From NCBI GenBank assembly GCA_044892525.1, contig CM097885.1, positions 140,058,001 through 140,122,000 of the forward strand: DNA of 64,000 nucleotides. Direction: 5' to 3'. Position numbers and translations under genes: made by a program. Under the pieces are notes generated by a model. It was not told where the DNA came from. It searched no databases and was given only the letters and a program-made list of their open reading frames with translations. Shown in pieces: positions 1-15,100 of this stretch (positions are counted from its first letter, which is position 1; each line of letters begins with the position of its first letter). The stretch is from Schmidtea polychroa (taxonomy: Eukaryota).

Positions 1-1489
1 CAAACGATTAGATGGCGATTAACTTCTGGCCACAACCCTAACAACATGAAAATTAAGATATTAATTATTGAATTCGTTGTTTTCTGCCTGGAAATACTAA
101 CAGAATATTTTTTAATTCAAAGAATCTTCATTATAAATTTTTGAATTTAAAAAATTAAATTAAGGATATATTAAATTTACAATACATAATATTATAATAT
201 TATAATATTATATAAAATTATATAAAATTATACTATATAATAATATTAATGTTTAAATATGCTTAAATAACTAAAGTGTTTAAATATGTTTAAATAACTA
301 AATTTAAATTATTTAAATATAATTCTGATATAACGTTATTTCTTTCGTTTTAGTATCCATAAAGTAAGTAAATAAAGAATTTACTACAATATTTTAATTA
401 TTTTACTTAGTAATGAAGAAAATGAATTATATAATTATGAAGAAGATGAACAAAATGGTGAAACACTAAATGACTTATGTTCTGGATTTAGAGATTTCTT
501 ATTAAAACATGAATTATAGAAGAAAATGAACCAGACAAAATGGTGAAACATTGCTATGTTCGGGATTTCTTAAATGAATTAGCTGATTGGGGGTGTCCTT
601 CAACATGAATGTTTACTTAAATTATGTAAACTTTCAACGAATGTCAAGAAAAATGGGAAAAAACCGATGTTTTATCAATTAGATATTGTAAAGTACTACC
701 TGAAGAATATTATTATTAATGTAAGACATGAATTAATTCTTTAAAATATATATATTATATTTAGGTATCTGTGTTTTATGGTGGGAAATGACATTGAAAA
801 GTATACCACAAATAACAGTTGCCTAATAGTCAGCCAGAATTTAATTTGTGATGATAAAATGTTAGATAATGTAAGTTAATTGCTTTTAAATCAATATAAA
901 TTTTAGCAATGATAGTTGACGCCGCATCAGAGACTAAGAAATACGTCCAATTTGCAAGATGTATTCCAAATGGCCCGATGGAGAGATTAATTTTGAGATA
1001 GATTACCAGCAGAAGAGCGAGAAAAATTTGTAAATTAAATATAATAGGGTTGGGTGGGTCCTCTTTATCCCTTAATTAATATATATTTACAAGCTGATCG
1101 TCGTGGTGGGCGGTTGTAATCCAACTAGTGGGAGGCCTCTGTAAATATATATTTGTGTTAGTGAAAACATTAATTAATTTGGTTATAGTGCCAATGACGC
1201 ATGTATTTTGAAATTATACGTTTCGAATGTGCTGGTAGTTGACTACCCATGCTAGGCGTAATGTTCCGTACGGAAAGCTATAATGCCCAGGTTCTTTTGA
1301 CCCCACTTGGGGGAGGCACAGACGACCCTTGTGGACGCGAACAAATATCCACCGTGTCTTTCAGGCACAGATATTTGGTCACTGCTCATTAGACCTGGCA
1401 ATACTAAATGCATAAACTTTGCCTTGTCCTCTCTTGTCTTGATTTTTATAGTTTAAATAGTATGTGTGATAGGTTTTATTTACTAACCC

Positions 1490-2293
1490 TAATTAATATA
1501 CCCTTGCGATATGTTGAGTGTGAGTAGTACCTTTGTGAGCAATACCCATAGGGGGACAGAATATTTTGTCGGATAAACTATGAGTATATACACCCATGTT
1601 AAACAAGGTATGTGTATATAGAATGTGTGTGTAAAATTATCGCTCCTTATTGACAACTTCCTGTAAAGGCAGAATACTGCAAACATAATAATACTCTACC
1701 CCATAACTTAGTATGTAAAAATTATTNNNNNNNNNNNNNNNNNNNNNNNNNNNNNNNNNNNNNNNNNNNNNNNNNNNNNNNNNNNNNNNNNNNNNNNNNN
1801 NNNNNNNNNNNNNNNNNNNNNNNNNNNNNNNNNNNNNNNNNNNNNNNNNNNNNNNNNNNNNNNNNNNNNNNNNNNNNNNNNNNNNNNNNNNNNNNNNNNN
1901 NNNNNNNNNNNNNNNNNNNNNAATAATATATCATTAGATAGATCTTACACTAGACTTTAAGATGAGCTATCGATGGGAATACTAACTTGTAGCATGTGTG
2001 GACAGTAATAATATTTTTTATACATTGTGTGTAATAATATGTTAAAGTTTTAGCAGTACCTTTGTGAGCAATACCCATAGGGGGACAGAATATTTTGTCG
2101 GATAAACTAGGAATATATACACCCATGTTAAACAAGGTATGTGTATATAGAATGTGTGTGTGTAAAATTATCGCTCCTTATTGACAACTTCCTGTAAAGG
2201 CAAACACAGAATACTGCAAACATAATAATACTCTACCCCATAACTTAGTGTGTAAAAATTATTTAAGGTTTTTTCACTAATAATAATAATAAT

Positions 2294-2356
<63 letters not shown>

Positions 2357-2592
2357 GTTTAATGGGTTGTATATGTGTGTAAAAAATATTTGAGGTTTTC
2401 ACGAATATTGATAATAATAATGGTTTATGAGTGTTTTTATGTTTTTGACTAATATTTGCAATAATAATAATGGTTAATGGGTTGTGTGTGTGTGTAAAAA
2501 ATATTTTAGGTTTTCACTAATAATGATAATAATAATGGTTAATGGGTTGTGTATGTGTGTAGAAATAATTTATCTTTTTAACTAATATTTGC

Positions 2593-2641
<49 letters not shown>

Positions 2642-2857
2642 TTAATAATAATAATAAAAGTTTAATGGGTTGTATATGTGTGTAGAAAATATTTTAGAAT
2701 TTCACTAATATTGATAATAATAATGGTTAATGAGTTGTGCATGTGTGTGTGTGTGTAGAAAATATTTTAGGTTATTAATATTGATAATAATAATAATGGT
2801 TGAGGGGTTGAGTGTGTAAAAATTATTTAAGGTTTTTTCACTAATAATAATAATAAT

Positions 2858-2932
<75 letters not shown>

Positions 2933-3522
2933 GTTTAATGGGTTGTATATGTGTGTAAAAAATATTTGAGGTTTTCACGAATATTGATAATAATAATGGT
3001 TTATGAGTGTTTTTATGTTTTTGACTAATATTTGCAATAATAATAATGGTTAATGGGTTGTGTGTGTGTAGAAAATATTTTAGGTTTTCACTAATATTGA
3101 TAATAATAATTGTTAANNNNNNNNNNNNNNNNNNNNNNNNNNNNNNNNNNNNNNNNNNNNNNNNNNNNNNNNNNNNNNNNNNNNNNNNNNNNNNNNNNNN
3201 NNNNNNNNNNNNNNNNNNNNNNNNNNNNNNNNNNNNNNNNNNNNNNNNNNNNNNNNNNNNNNNTAAAAAATATTTTAGGTTTTTCACTAATAATGATAAT
3301 AAAGTTTAATGGGTTGTGTATGTGGGTAGAAAATATTTTAAGTTTTTGACTGATATTGATAATAATCATAATATAGATAATAATATTAATAATAAAAGTT
3401 TAATGGGTTGTATATGTGTGTAGAAAATATTTTAGGTTTTCACTAATATTGCTAATAATAATGGTTAATAATAATTGTTAATTGGTTGAGTGTGTGTTTT
3501 TATGTTTTTGACTAATATTTGC

Positions 3523-3576
<54 letters not shown>

Positions 3577-4152
3577 GTTTAATGGGTTGTATATGTGTGT
3601 AGAAGATATTTTAGGTTTTCACTAATATTGATACAAATAATTGTTAATGGGTCGTGTGTGTGTGTGTAAACCANNNNNNNNNNNNNNNNNNNNNNNNNNN
3701 NNNNNNNNNNNNNNNNNNNNNNNNNNNNNNNNNNNNNNNNNNNNNNNNNNNNNNNNNNNNNNNNNNNNNNNNNNNNNNNNNNNNNNNNNNNNNNNNNNNN
3801 NNNNATACTTTAAAAGAAAATATTGAAAATTTAAAAAATAATAATATTTATGCAAAGCATGTGCAATAATTATGTCTTTGTTAATTAAGTAAACTTTAGT
3901 GTCAAAATAAGTTTTTAAAATATTTTTAAATTTAAAATACCGCAACTTAATATATTTTTGTTCTACCCCTTCATTGATTTAAGTTGGTCAGAATTTAATA
4001 ATAATTATATTATACCCTTTGAGACATGTTGAATGTGAGTAGTACACCTTTGACCATTACCCATATGAGCAATACCCATAAAGGGATAGAATATTTTGTC
4101 GGATGGATTAAGAGTATATATGATAATAATATTCCCCGTGCGCGTAATAATA

Positions 4153-4207
<55 letters not shown>

Positions 4208-4358
4208 TGAACTTGTATTTGAAATAATAATAATAATAATTTACGACATATTGAGTGTGAGCAGTACCCTTGTGACTTGTTGAATGTGAGTAGTACATTT
4301 GTGAGCAGTACCCATAGGGGGACAGAATATCTTGTCGGATAGACTCGGTGTATATATG

Positions 4359-4436
<78 letters not shown>

Positions 4437-4480
4437 CTTAGAAAATAATAATATGTAATCAACGATTTAAACAAAATTAT
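1490..4480. repeat. Complex tandem/satellite block: (AAT)n tracts alternating with a ~50-60 bp unit (AATGGTTAATGGGTTGTGTRTGTGTAGAAAATATTTTAGGTTTTCACT) and a ~100 bp TATACCCTTG...CGGATAAACT unit; interrupted by three N gaps
   Basis: Units repeat visibly. 1540-1726 recurs at ~2055-2265 and 2265-2500 recurs at ~2825-3070, some of it across gaps, so part may be assembly redundancy. Confidence 0.9.
1727..1921. other. Assembly gap; other N gaps at ~3117-3263, ~3674-3804, ~20268-20398 and ~27879-28018
   Basis: Runs of N. Confidence 0.97.
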
Positions 4481-4579
4481 ATTATTACGTATTCGATAAT
4501 TAAAACAAAAGAATTATATAATCAATGATTTAAACAAAATTATATAATCATCGATAATTAAAACAAAATTATTAATTCT

Positions 4580-5645
4580 AAAAATATTAGACATCGTTCT
4601 AAAAATATTAGGCATCGTTCTAAAAGTATGAAGTAATCATTCTAAAAATATTAGGCATCATTCTAAAAATATTTTTGAAAATAATAATTTTTTCATCAAT
4701 CAGTGTCGGACTAAAAAATTAATAACTTTTATACCACTAGTGATAAAAATTATTTTGATAGCTCAAAAGATTTGTCTCCGTCTGGTCTTCAAAATGATGT
4801 ATACATATTCAAATAATCTTGAAAACTCAAAAAGTTCTGGGAAGTCAAAAGGTAGGTCACCGCCAGCACAGTTAATAATATTTTTGAAAAATAATAATAT
4901 GGCATCGTTCTAAAAATATTAGGCATCGATTACATAATAGTTCTAAAAATATTAGGTACCATTCTAAAAATAATAGACATCGTTCTAAAAATATTAGGCA
5001 TCGTTCTAAAAATATTAGGCATCGTTCTAAAAATATTAGGCATCGTTCTAAAAGTATGACGTAATCATTCTAAAAATATTAGGCATCGTTCTAAAAATAA
5101 GAGGCATCGTTCTAAAAGTATTAGGCATCGTTCTAAAAGTATTTGGCATCGTTCTAAAAATATTAGGCATCGTTCTAAAAATGTGATGAGTCATCGTATG
5201 ATAAAAATCTATATCTCATTAGAAAGTTCTTGCACAGAGCTTTAAAATAAGCTATCGATCAATATAATATGTTGGTGGGAACAACAATTTTTGGGATGAA
5301 AAAAAGTAGGTCACCGCTGGACCAATTAATAATATTTTGAATAATAATAATAATTTAACGTTGAAAAGATGGTGGTCATCAATTGTTAATAACATTAAAA
5401 CTATTAAATATATATAAGATACCTATAGCTCATTCGAAAGGTCTTGGACTGAGCTTTAAGATGAGGTATCGTTCAATAAAATTTGTTGGCGGGAACATTA
5501 CTTTTGGGAAGAAAAAAAGTAGGTCACCGCTGGACCAATTAATTTAAAAAAATTACGTAATAGTTCTAAAAATATTAGGCATCGTTCTAAAAATATTAGG
5601 CATTGATTACATAATAGTTCTAAAAATATTAGGCATCGTTCTAAA
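4580..5645. repeat. 21-bp minisatellite (AAATATTAGGCATCGTTCTAA)n, interrupted
   Basis: Many direct copies, densest at ~4975-5180 and ~5570-5645. Confidence 0.92.
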
Positions 5646-5734
5646 AAAAAAAATAAAATTTTTCAGACCGGGGGGGGGAGGGGGTATATGTGGTCTGGCG
5701 GGGACCTGATCTGGCGGGGACACATCATACTACT
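4580..5734. mobile_element. Probable Polinton/Maverick terminal inverted-repeat end
   Basis: Ends ...CATCATACTACT at 5734 (reverse complement AGTAGTATGATG, like the AGTAGT termini of Polintons). Preceded by a doubled CTGGCGGGGAC, a G-run and subterminal tandem repeats. No Polinton gene or second TIR seen. Confidence 0.45.
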
Positions 5735-5829
5735 ATTAAGCGACTTCGTTTTCATCCAGAAGTTATGGAGTTTTAGTTAAATTACTTAATAATAGTAAAA
5801 AATAGAAATAAATAGAAAATTTTGAAAAA

Positions 5830-6080
5830 TTAATTAATCTCTTGATATTCAAAACTTACATCACTTTGATCTTTATACGGAACTTTAGCCTACAATAGCC
5901 AATTAAATATATATATTTATTTTATATATTTATTATAACTTACTTCATGCTCATTAACATCCAGATCAGTCCGGTAATTTATTTCCGCCGTAACTTTTCC
6001 AATAATTCTACTGATTTCTTTATTGATCAATGTATACTAAATAGTGAATTATAAATAGTAAATTATAATAAATTTATTAA

Positions 6081-6146
<66 letters not shown>

Positions 6147-9100
6147 TTAAACAAAATTTACTTTATCTAGAAGAGAATTTCGTTCATTTACAACTGTTTC
6201 GCTCTAACAGAATTCATTAAATAAAATTTTGGATAAAATAAAATTTGTCAACTTTTTCCAAGACTCCATTAAAATAATCTCGAAATTTTTGATCCGATTC
6301 AATAACTTTCCTGTATTTTTGTATTTTTTTCTCTTGCTTTCTATCATATACGATACATAATAGATTGATAAAAATAATTAAATTTACATTCCTGTTTGTT
6401 TTAAATTTTCTATTTCTAGTTCTTGCCTTCTTTTATCATTTTTCAATTCTTCAATTAGAGTTTCTTGAAATTTTAATTGGCTCGGATAGATCTAATTAAG
6501 AAAAAGAATGATAATTTATCATTTCCTCTTCAAAATAGAGACATTCAACAATATCCTGTGGTTTTCATTAAAACGATTTATGAAATTTGCTTTCTTAAAT
6601 TGTTACACTTTGTGTCAATTGATTTTTGATATAATTGTTGGCATTTATAGAATTTTAAAAATCTAATTATTTTAATGGTCATTATTTCGAAGGCATTTTT
6701 AATGAAGTGGGACAAATTTTAACGTATAAGATCTTATATTTAGATCAAAAAGATGTTTTAAGATCAACTTCTGAGTTCTTGGAAGTTTACATTAAACAGC
6801 AAAAGTTTAATATATATTTAAATTAAATTTAAGGAAATTATTTATTCAAGCAGAGACGGCCAACCTCCGGCTCGCGAAATTCATCACACTTACAAAATAT
6901 ATTTGATAAATAATTTTCATACTACTGTATAATTATAAGTAGATAAATATTAAAAAAATTATTTTAGTAAAAGATACATCATATGAGGGGCAATTAAAAC
7001 ATTGAAACCATTTACTAAAAATATTGTCATTAAACAGCTTTTCAATTAAATAAGGTGTTTTTATGGTTATGTTTTGAATACAATTTAATATAAATTTTCA
7101 GCCGGGATTTAATATATAGAAAGTAAAAAATTGCTCCGTTACTTTTGACGGTTAACAGCTTGTTATATCAATATACAAACATTTTTTTTCATTGTATTGT
7201 CGGTAATATGAAGTAAACAAGTTATAATGCACTTGCACAAAATTTTTGAAATATATTCATCTCCTTTTTATATTGAAATCGAGTCGGCCCCTAAATATCT
7301 CCAAACGGAACTGATTGACTTACAATACAATATTAAATTAAAACACATTTTGGAAACATCAGAATCAAAAATAAATTTTTATAACACTTGCGTCATAAAA
7401 GAGAAATTATCCAATTTGAGAAATTTGGCACAAAAAAGTTGTTTGCGCTTTTGGTTCAACCTACACCTACAAATAGTCTTTTCGAAAATGAAATTGACCA
7501 GACAAAAAACACGCATAAACATAGTGGACGCTAACTTTCAACACCAATTACGATGTGCAAATACCCAAATTGAGATCGATTTGCAAAAGCTAAGTAAAGG
7601 AGTGGTGGAACAAATATCGCAATAATAAAATAATTATTTTTTAATGATTTTATTTTTTATTTCATTTATATTTATGTATTTTCTATATTTAATTTCTAGT
7701 GTTATATATTTCTTTACTGTATACGTTTAGTATCATTATTACTATATTATCTATGTTTACATGTAAGAATAAACGTAAACACAATAATAATAATAACTAT
7801 GTTTCAATTTTTCACTCCAAAAAATGTCTATAGGGTATCTAATTTTAATATGGGAATTTATAATTTTATGTGTGCCCCGCGGAGTTGTGATGCCTTTCCA
7901 ATGTGGCCCGCAAGATCGTTTGGGTTGGCCTCCCCTATATTAAAGAATAAAGAAGATCAAGATCCTCATACAATTGAATAAGAAATTTATACAATATGCA
8001 ATTTATGGAAATTTTAATAAACTATTTATGTTATTGCAACAAAATAAACTCAAAATATTATTATATTTTCCAAAATAAATGTGTAATATTTTAAAATGAT
8101 TAATTTCAATTCAACTTTGCTTGTTTTTTTACTAAAGAAATTGCGGTTGACACGTGTAATTCTTTCTATTCATTATGTGAAACAAAGACATATTTTAGAC
8201 AGATGGTAAATTAAGTCATATTTTTCAATAAATCAACATTTAAAAACATTTTTAAAAACATTTTTAATGTTATTAATGTTTTATAAAATTTCGTAATTAG
8301 TATGAATGTCAGGTCAATTATGATTTATTAGATTTTTCTTAAAATACTGATTTTTAAAACAATTCTAAAAATAGCTTCATTCAAACAATTTCGGGAATTT
8401 CTTTAATTTGATTGTAGTAATTTTCTCCTTTCAGTGACTTCGAGTATTAATTTTAATCATTTTCTAAATACTTAATAATATTTAACATAAAATTTAATTT
8501 TTCTTTTATAAATGGCATTTTATAATGCTTTTCTTTTATAATTTCCATAAAATCCGGTAATCTATTATTATTTTCTAAATTTCTAAAAAAGTTTTGAATT
8601 CGAATTTTATAAAATAACTTATATTATACATTGCTTCTCTTTCGTTCTATTCAACTTATGAAAAGCTGAAATGTGATAAAGCACTTAGAAATGCTCAAAT
8701 TGTATATAATATATACAATTTGAGCATTTCTAAGTGCTTTATCACATTTCAGCTTTTCATAAGTTGAATAGAACGAAAGAGAAGCAATGTATAATATAAG
8801 TTATTTTATAAAATTCGAATTCAAAACTTTTTTAGAAATTTAGAAAATAATAATAGATTACCGGATTTTATGGAAATTATAAAAGAAAAGCATTATAAAA
8901 TGCCATTTATAAAAGAAAAATTAAATTTTATGTTAAATATTATTAAGTATTTAGAAAATGATTAAAATTAATATATACTATATATTTATGATAAAAATGC
9001 CGTAATAGATGACAGTGCCCTTAATTTTTGTTCGTTATTGTGTATTATTTATTTATTATGCCTAAAATAATATGACTTCTTACAATTAATAATATGCACA

Positions 9101-12100
9101 TCAGGATTGGCATAATTCTAAAATAATAACTTTACGAAAACTGTAATGACTGCCTCGTCTTTTTTGTAGGTAAATGAATTAATCTTGTTGGTTATTATTA
9201 TCGACAAAATGTTCATCAAAATTATTTACAAAAAAATGAAATTTATATTCAATTATACTTAAAAAATATGTTGATAACGATTTTTGTAAGCCAGTATCAA
9301 CAAAATGAATACTTTTATTTTCAATAAGTTATTTAAAGACGCGAAAAGACAAGTCTCTTTCCTACTTGTCTTCCATTATTTTAGCTTACTTTGTTACTAT
9401 CACATATAATCAGCGATGCTTTCTAACCGGTTCGCACCGGTTCGTGTGAACCGTTTGTTGTAAATCTTATAAAATAAATTTACTTTGATAAATTCAAAAA
9501 AGTATACAAATTTTGAAAATTTGATCTAGTTTTCTTAACGTTTGTAATTTATTTTTGTACAATTCTATAAATAATTTGTTGTTTATTCATACACCAACAG
9601 TAGTGTTGCATTTAAATCATTTTTATCAAATTAATGATTCAGTTAAATGAAATAATTTAAATCGTAATTGTGTTGCTATTTTTACTGAAGATTTTTAAAA
9701 AAAATCATAGAAAAATCACAATTAGCTTTTTTCCTAGGTAAGGTTACTAGGTAAAAATCAAATTGACCGGTTGAGAAATTTTGGTAAAGCATCGCTGCAT
9801 ATCATGTATGTAAAAAGCAAAATGCTCATTTTACTTATCATTGTTGTGTAGGTTATTTTTTTCTTAAAAGTTGATCGGAATCCAAATTTTATAAAAATGG
9901 TTTTTACAAAATAAAAGTGCTCAATTTGAACAAATTTATACAAAATATTCTTCATCAAAATATTACATTTTTAGATGATATTTCATTTATTTTCATTTTG
10001 TCAAAAAATCAATATATTGTTTTTATTATGCTCAGCATAAATTTTCGGCTTTGACTTTATTGAGCTAAAAAGTTTTATTGATAAATTTATCAGTAATTAA
10101 ATTATTTCAATAATTTCTATTTACTTACATACTTCAAATAGGTTTAATTTAATATTTAATTATTAATTTATATTTCATAATTACAGTAAAACTTCGATAA
10201 TACAAAATATTGGGATTTCAGAATTAGGTTCTAATTATCAAGGTTTTCAAATTAACAAAGTTTTACTGTATTAAGTAAATGCAAATATATAGAGTTCATT
10301 AATTTTTATAGCAGATGTAAAATGTTCAAATTATTAGGTTTTACAATTAACGAGGTTTCGAATTAACAAAGTTTTACTGTATTTAGAATTAGTACTTATC
10401 TTAAATATAACACTTTTTATATGCTTTTTTGTCACCATTTAATTAATTAATTTAAAATAAATTATATAAAAATGTTCTATAAATTATATAACTCCTAATA
10501 TACATGATTGTTCGCCAACTTCTCTTATACAAACCAAACTAGATGGCAGCACATTTTTTATTTCTAAATTATTTAAAATTTATTATTAAAACGCCACATT
10601 TGCAAAACAGGTTTACGAGTTCGACATATAACATCGGTATATATTGTAGCTATAGTGGGGGACTGTACCTGTATCGTAATATGACTTCTTACCTATATCG
10701 TAAAGATAGAAATGGACCAATATCGTAAAAGTTTAAAATGGAACAATATTGCAAAATTGAAAAATGGACCTATATCGTAATCCATGTTTAATCTGTATAT
10801 TATAAAATAGAGATAGAAAAATATAAAAATATAATTTATTTTTCAAACATTCAATAATTTAAATGACAGGTTTAATGATAAAGTCAATTTTTTCACCACA
10901 AGATGGACAAACAGGGTTGTCTGAATTTCTAACTGATTAATATACCCTTGCGACATGTTGAATGTGACCAGTACCCTTGCTAGCAATACCCATAGGGGGA
11001 CAGAATATTTTGCCGGATAAACTCAGACTATATGGTCTTTATTAATATATCAAAAATTTATTGGATCATTAGTATACTCATTTAATTGGGATTGCAGGAT
11101 ATTATTTTGTTTTTTAATTTACGATATTAATTAATATTTCTTGTTACAATATAAAAGAAGAAATTAAATTACGATATTAATTAACATTGCTTCTTACGAT
11201 ACAGAATTTTCACGATATAATTCCCACATTACGATAAGTTTTTTTACGATACAGGTAGTGGCAATCGCTATAGTTTAATGTAAGTAACAAAGAACTTAAC
11301 AGCCACATATAAATATTTGGAATATATAGTATATTTTTTGGCAAACAATAAAAATATTAAAAATTTCCATCATTTTTGTTAGTAATATGTCACTTTTATG
11401 CAGAATATTGATGTTATAAATATCATAATTCATAATTTTCTTTCACTTGAGATATTTTTTCAATGAATCTTGCAGCAAGGTAGTGACGTTAGTAGTTTAT
11501 AAGTTCTTTATATTTTATAACATTGAAAATCTCTACATTTTCTACAAAAGAAGTAGGTAAATTAAGTTCGAATATTTGTATATATCATTGACATGTCAAG
11601 TGATAAAAAAATACACGAATAATATAAAAATAACTTTAGTTGAAAAGATTTGTTTGAATGCCCCCTAACTCTAAGTCAATAATGAAATTGCAAATAAAGA
11701 TTTTGCTTTATGAAATAAATACAATAAATAATAGATTTACTAACTCTTTCATATGAAGATTCTAGGTGATTATCACCATTTTCTTGATTTAAAGTAGATC
11801 TAAATGAAAAATTAATTAAAAGCGAAAATAAATACAAACAATTCCAGTTTACTCACAATTGCACAGTACTCCCTTTAACACCAGCAAGACGACGCGTTAG
11901 GAGTTGAATTTCGTCATTTAGTGCATCTCGTTCTGATGACACGCTAAGCAAAGACTTTTGAAGTTTTGCCACTGGAAATTTAAGATAACTTCTTTATGGA
12001 CCAATAGATTGTTTTACCTTCCAATAAATTGTTATTTTCACATATCGCAAGTTTTTGTTGTTGTAAGTTTAATTCTTCCAATAATAGATGATTTTCTTCA

Positions 12101-15100
12101 ATGACAAGTTTGGCTTGTTGGACAATAACTTGTCTAGAAAGATTTTATAAATGACTGATAAATTAGTTAAAAGTTTAAATTTCTCAAAAATAAATCTTTA
12201 TAGTTACAACTAAACTTAAAATATGAACCTAATATCAAAAAACTCAAAGTATTTATGTAGGGCCACCCCTAACAGTTGTGGAGCCTAGGTCAATCATAAA
12301 ATATGGAACCCTTTAAAAAAAACATTATGTCCAACGGTACTTATTATTACCATAATTATTTTGTCTGTTTATGTCTATGATGTGATTTAAAAAGAAAAAA
12401 AAACATTTTGTTTTTTACTATAAGGGTACCAAAATGGTGGTCAGATATTAGTATTTCTGTCATATATTTGGTCAACTAAGGGCTAAAATAAAGATATTTC
12501 TTTAATATATGTAAAAAAACATACAACAATAAAACTACATAGATTATATGATTAAAATATTTTAAAGTGGTAAGAAGTTTAAAGACGAAAATTAAGGAAA
12601 ATAATAATTAAAAGGAATTCTATTATTAAATTTATTTTCCTTGATTTGATTTCAGTGAAATACTTTATTACATCATCAAATACTAATTTTTACATATTTT
12701 TTGTTCTATGGATTATAATAACAAAGTTAGACAGTCTCCCATGTAGCATGTCATGCGTAGGTAATTTTCTATTATTTTTAATTTGAAATATCTAGGTTTA
12801 GCTGATTCAATAGAAATAAAGATGGTTAATGGAATTCAGTTAGATTTGGAAAAAAATAATATAAATAAACATTGTAAAATAGTTGCATTTGCATTTTTTA
12901 CATTTTTTTACATTTCTATTACAACTTCTTAAGGACTTCTCGTTTATTGTCTTTAATATAGAAAAATAGTAAATAAAACAAAAAACAACAATATTCAATT
13001 AAATTTGTTTAATTTCTTTTTTTGAAACAATTCCTTGTTCTTTTATTTTTAAATGTTTTATATAAATATATTATTCAGTAATAAAGTGAAATGTGAATGT
13101 TTTAATTAATACACCTGTTTTGGGAAAAGATATTTTACGAAGGTTCGATTTCGTTAGATTTGTTTCACAGTAGAGATTGTCATCATTATTGCAGCCTTGA
13201 AATGCTTGATTTTCCATAGAGCAAACAGAATTCATTTTTTCGGTATCTTTTAACTTCAAATTCGTGAATAACTTTAGATTTTTATCCTTACAAAACTTTT
13301 AAATTCAAATTTCTATCAAATTGAGGTAACGAATTTTTAGATTCTTCCAATAACTTATCTTCTGTGATAAATGAACCACGTCCCAATTTGTAAATGAAAT
13401 CTAAACAGCCCTTTATTCCATCGGTAGAAACTATTTCTTCACTAAGACTCTTATCTCTTTGGCATTTGAGTAAATATCAAGAATTCTTTAATTTATTTTC
13501 ATTGAAAAATCTCCAAATGATTAGTTCTCAACGAATCCAGATTATTAAATTTAACATAATTAAAATAATTAACATATTTCTTTAAGTTAAGTCTTTTAAA
13601 AACTTTATTATTAAAACAAAACTATTTTTTAAGAAAGTTTCACAGAAAACCGAATTAATATTCCTCAACAACACCATCGTTAACGAATGGCTAATAGGAA
13701 ATGCCTTTAAATGGTTTGAGAACTTTAATAAACGAATATTTAAAGCCATTAATAATGTAAACTAAGTGTATAGAATGAACACGTTCGAGAAAATTACTTA
13801 TAAATAAATCGAAATTGAGTATTTTAACTGAAAATTGCGGGCTGCATAATTAACTGCAAAATTAAATTTTATATCCAAATACATATACATTCATCATATT
13901 ATAGAGACTTTTATGCTGAGTTCAACGAGCTATATTTTAAGAAATACTGATTATTTAACAAAATTGAAAACTCTTATAATTAGGGCGGTAACAAAGCATT
14001 ATTGCGCCCTGTGCGGTTCATATATTTGGCGCCCCTAAAACCCGAATTCAAATCAGCCTACTATAATTATTATAATATTCATGTTGAGATTGTTAACTAT
14101 GTATTTATCTCCAGCTATTATATAATAGGTGGTTATGCTTTTAAAATTCTGTTGCTAATTGAAAAAATGACGGGAACCCATTTTGTGACTAACATTTTTC
14201 AAAATACACACCTACGAAGATAGGCTAGTTAGTGTCGTTTTTTCGTGCAGGCCATTTGATAATTTCTTTTATTTATATTTTGTTATTTTTCTGGTAACAT
14301 TAAAAAATGTGACATTCCAATTTGACATTCCCTTTCAGATGTGCGACTGCACCGCTCGCACCACCCTTGTTACGGCCCTGCTTATAATCAATAACTTTTC
14401 AAAACTCTACGTAATTTTTTCAGAAAATTTCATTCCGAAAATAAGTATCCTCATAAACACAAAAATTTGTTGAAAAACATTGAAATTTGAAATGTTGTTT
14501 TTAAAAGTTGCGCCAAAATCTCAAATATATAAACAACATACAAATATCTTTAAAATAATCCAACTATCAATTATCATCAAAAATTTGGTTATTTTCATTA
14601 ATTTTATTAGAATTATTTAAAATGGCATGCCATAAATTTAAGCAACACATTTTACTGTAATCCTAACGATTTTCATTAATTTAAACACAAGCAACTGAAA
14701 TGCAATTTACGGTGAACCGAATGCGTTCTATAAAAACTGTGATTGATTTCAGCTAATCTTTGTAAATAAAAGAAATAAAAAAGTAAAAATCTGAAAACAA
14801 ACAAATCTGCTTGATTTGACAAAGGCCCTCCTTTTTGATTCTCTTGCAGTTTTATATGCAATCTTTCATTTTCTTTGATTACTTGAAGAATTTCTTTTTC
14901 AAAGTTCTCTATTTCATGCTGATAAAAATAAAGCAAAATTCTTGTCGAAATTTAAATTACTTTAATTTTTTGAATTTGATAAGATTGTTGTTGGTATTTC
15001 TTATCGTGAAATACGAAAAGAGGAGCTAAATATTTCGTATTCATTAGCCAATTCGGAACAGGACCTTTGCCAGGGAAAATGGTTTTTCCAATAGGTCGAC

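Noticed and set aside
400-1200. Possible coding remnants (repeated GAAGATGAACAAAATGGTGAAACA)
   Set aside because: Short and stop-ridden, with no recognisable motif.
1722-4474. ORFs rich in X, poly-Y, poly-I or poly-L
   Set aside because: Produced by N gaps and (AAT)n microsatellites.
4975-5180. Regular 21-bp repeats as a possible CRISPR array
   Set aside because: Head-to-tail with no unique spacers, no cas genes, eukaryotic context.
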